From Anthoceros angustus (taxonomy: Eukaryota > Plantae > Anthocerotophyta): a DNA stretch of 64,000 nt. The DNA lies in assembly GCA_010909165.1 (NCBI GenBank), contig MU008177.1, positions 1,054,001 through 1,118,000 on the forward strand, read 5' to 3'. The notes beneath the pieces are model-generated. The model was not told the origin of the DNA and did not search any database. It saw nothing but the letters and a program-made list of their open reading frames with translations. A program made the position numbers and the translations under genes. Below are positions 62,021 through 64,000 of this stretch, in pieces; the stretch's first letter is position 1; each line of letters starts with the position of its first letter.

Positions 62021-63366
62021 TACACAAGGAAGCAGTCTTAGCCAGGCAAACCAAAATGGAAGGACGGCGAAAGTAGTGATACCAACAACTTGGCTATGGC
62101 TTTTGGGATGCGAATCAAGAAGCTCCACACATTGTGTTGCCTAGTAACCCCTTGGTGGCACCAATATGTAAGACAAAATTGAGATGGCAAAAGAAAACGT
62201 TGATTTTATTAAACCAAGACATGTGTCAAGTATGATACCGCATTTGAGCGTTGATTAGCTTTTGGGATAGCCTACATTATGGAGCAATGGTGAGATGAGT
62301 GGCATGCATGAAGAACCTCAACTAAACAAGTGTTGGAAACTTTGCCGAGAATGAGCAACAGATCAAACGATATGTTGGTTTGGAGGAAGTTGTGTGTAAG
62401 AAGAAAAGACGTGAAGTGGAACATAGGCGCTTGATAAAGGGTGGATTGATGAGCTGAAATAGGCTTTTGGTTTTGAAGTGACCAATCTACTTTTGTAGGT
62501 GCCGAGAGGAGATAGCAGAGACTCGCTTTGATCGGGTCAATTACGCCGCCTTAGAAGGTCGAATCCACTCTTCCGGTTTTAGAAGGTGAGAATTGACTCA
62601 ATGCCAAGAGATGCACTATGTACAAAGAACTCCTCCAAACCCGTGAGGAAACTTAAGCACTAAAGCGCTGTAAGAGGTGCCCATTCCCTACCACCACCGA
62701 TCATGTCGATCGAACATGCTTCCGGCCAGCCTTCGCCACCTTCTGGACCGAACCCGAGTTGCACACGTTTGTGAAGGATCGCATGTGCTTCATGCCATAC
62801 TCACCAACGAGCCACACTCACTCGTAAGCCCGCACCTACATTCATGCATCCGACATCCAGATTAACCTCAAATCTTTGTGAAAGAGAAACAAACATTACG
62901 ACCAGCTCCAGCTCGCCCACTTACCACGGCCTTGAGGCAATCGCCGTCCGACAAGAGGCAAGGCGGCTTCCGTAATGCTGCCAACATTTCGTGCCCCCAC
63001 TCATACCCAAAGACCAACACCGGAGTCGATGTGCACGTCGAGACATTATTCTTGCCATGTCTGGCGGCTTTCACTTTGTTCAAATTCCGTGAATGCTTGT
63101 ACCGGAAAATCACCGCAAAGGGTACAAGGAAGAGAAGGATCGATGTCGACATGCAAAACCAGCACTCCCCTTCCAAAGTTCAGCAAATCCACATGAAGAG
63201 TAATGATGCTTGTACCTTGTGCCAATAGTGCAGATCAAGATGACGTTGATTCACGCCAACTGACTCGTGATTGTTCCCAAAATGCCCATGTCCAACAAGG
63301 TAGGCCTCACGCTCGCCGTGAGGGTCATAGCCTAAGAAGAGAGATAATTTGTCCGCGTATTGCATC

Positions 63367-63571
63367 ACATGTGAGCCGATCCGTAAGTGTTGTCATTCGA
63401 GGTCCTCTTCTTCACCGCCACGTAAGAGGAACATCAACAAGGAGATGAACACAAATGAGTCCCGAATTGAAACATGTGAGCCGATCCGTAAGTGTTGTTA
63501 TTCGAGGTCCTCTTCTTCACCACAAGAGGAACATCAACAAGGAGATGAACACAAATGAGTCCCGAATTGAA
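63367..63571. repeat. ~102-bp tandem duplication
   Basis: acatgtgagccgatccgtaagtgttgt...gagtcccgaattgaa x2. Confidence 0.92.
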
Positions 63572-64000
63572 GGAACAGATCGTGTGAAGGAATGTCTCTC
63601 AAAACTAACAAGAGGACGTGAGATGCGAGTTTCTACACTCACCGCGAGGTAATCGATCTACATGCGCGTGAATCCAGTGGTCTCTCATGAACATGGTTTT
63701 AGGCTGGTCTCCGTGATCTGCACCGGCAGCAGGCGTCTTGTCGACCGCACTGGATCGGTTCACCGCGATGAGAAGTGCATAGCTTTGAAAACCGATTTGA
63801 AACTCGGACTTCAAACCGACGGGTTTGAATTCTTTCATCCCGTATGGGCGGCATGGAAATGCACAGAACGGGTGCAAAACCCGAGTATGCGACGGGAACC
63901 ACAAACCGATGTTGCCATGTCGTAGGGTCGGAAGTTCCGCAAGTTGCGCCAGACATCGGGTTGCGCCAAGACGGTGTGCATCAGACGATTTGTTTTAATG

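Noticed and set aside
62020-64000. Possible continuation of the MULE element or a host gene
   Set aside because: Short Cys/His-containing ORFs but no assignable domain or terminal repeat.

Overview
Repeat-rich plant nuclear DNA, most likely from a hornwort or another seed-free plant with U-to-C RNA editing. This is inferred from the GRP-ending DYW:KP PPR genes and the TTTAGGG-type telomere motifs. 1-12.8 kb is a tandem array of a ~4.1-kb chimeric unit made of a Sola/DUF7869-like transposase remnant fused to a Copia 3' end. 13.2-31.9 kb holds a cluster of three PLS-class PPR-DYW:KP(GRP) paralogs plus a 5' fragment. One copy is intact (898 aa) and two are frameshifted; all three carry an N-terminal OSB-type 'PDF' ssDNA-binding motif, and LINE and LTR debris lies between them. 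33.0-45.4 kb is a full-length Ty1/Copia element with non-canonical AG...CT LTR ends and a nested chromovirus. 46-50.8 kb contains Copia remnants with a conserved antisense ORF and a telomere-repeat scar. 51.4-53.3 kb is a MULE/SWIM transposase remnant interrupted by the most unusual element in the window (53.3-62.0 kb). That element is a Ty3/Gypsy retrotransposon with a DNMT3-like C5 cytosine methyltransferase between protease and RT, a C-terminal PHD finger, a 5S rRNA-derived segment in its leader and split (A...BAB) terminal repeats. Many frameshifts may be long-read consensus errors rather than real decay. All domain calls were made by eye from motifs; no database searches were run.
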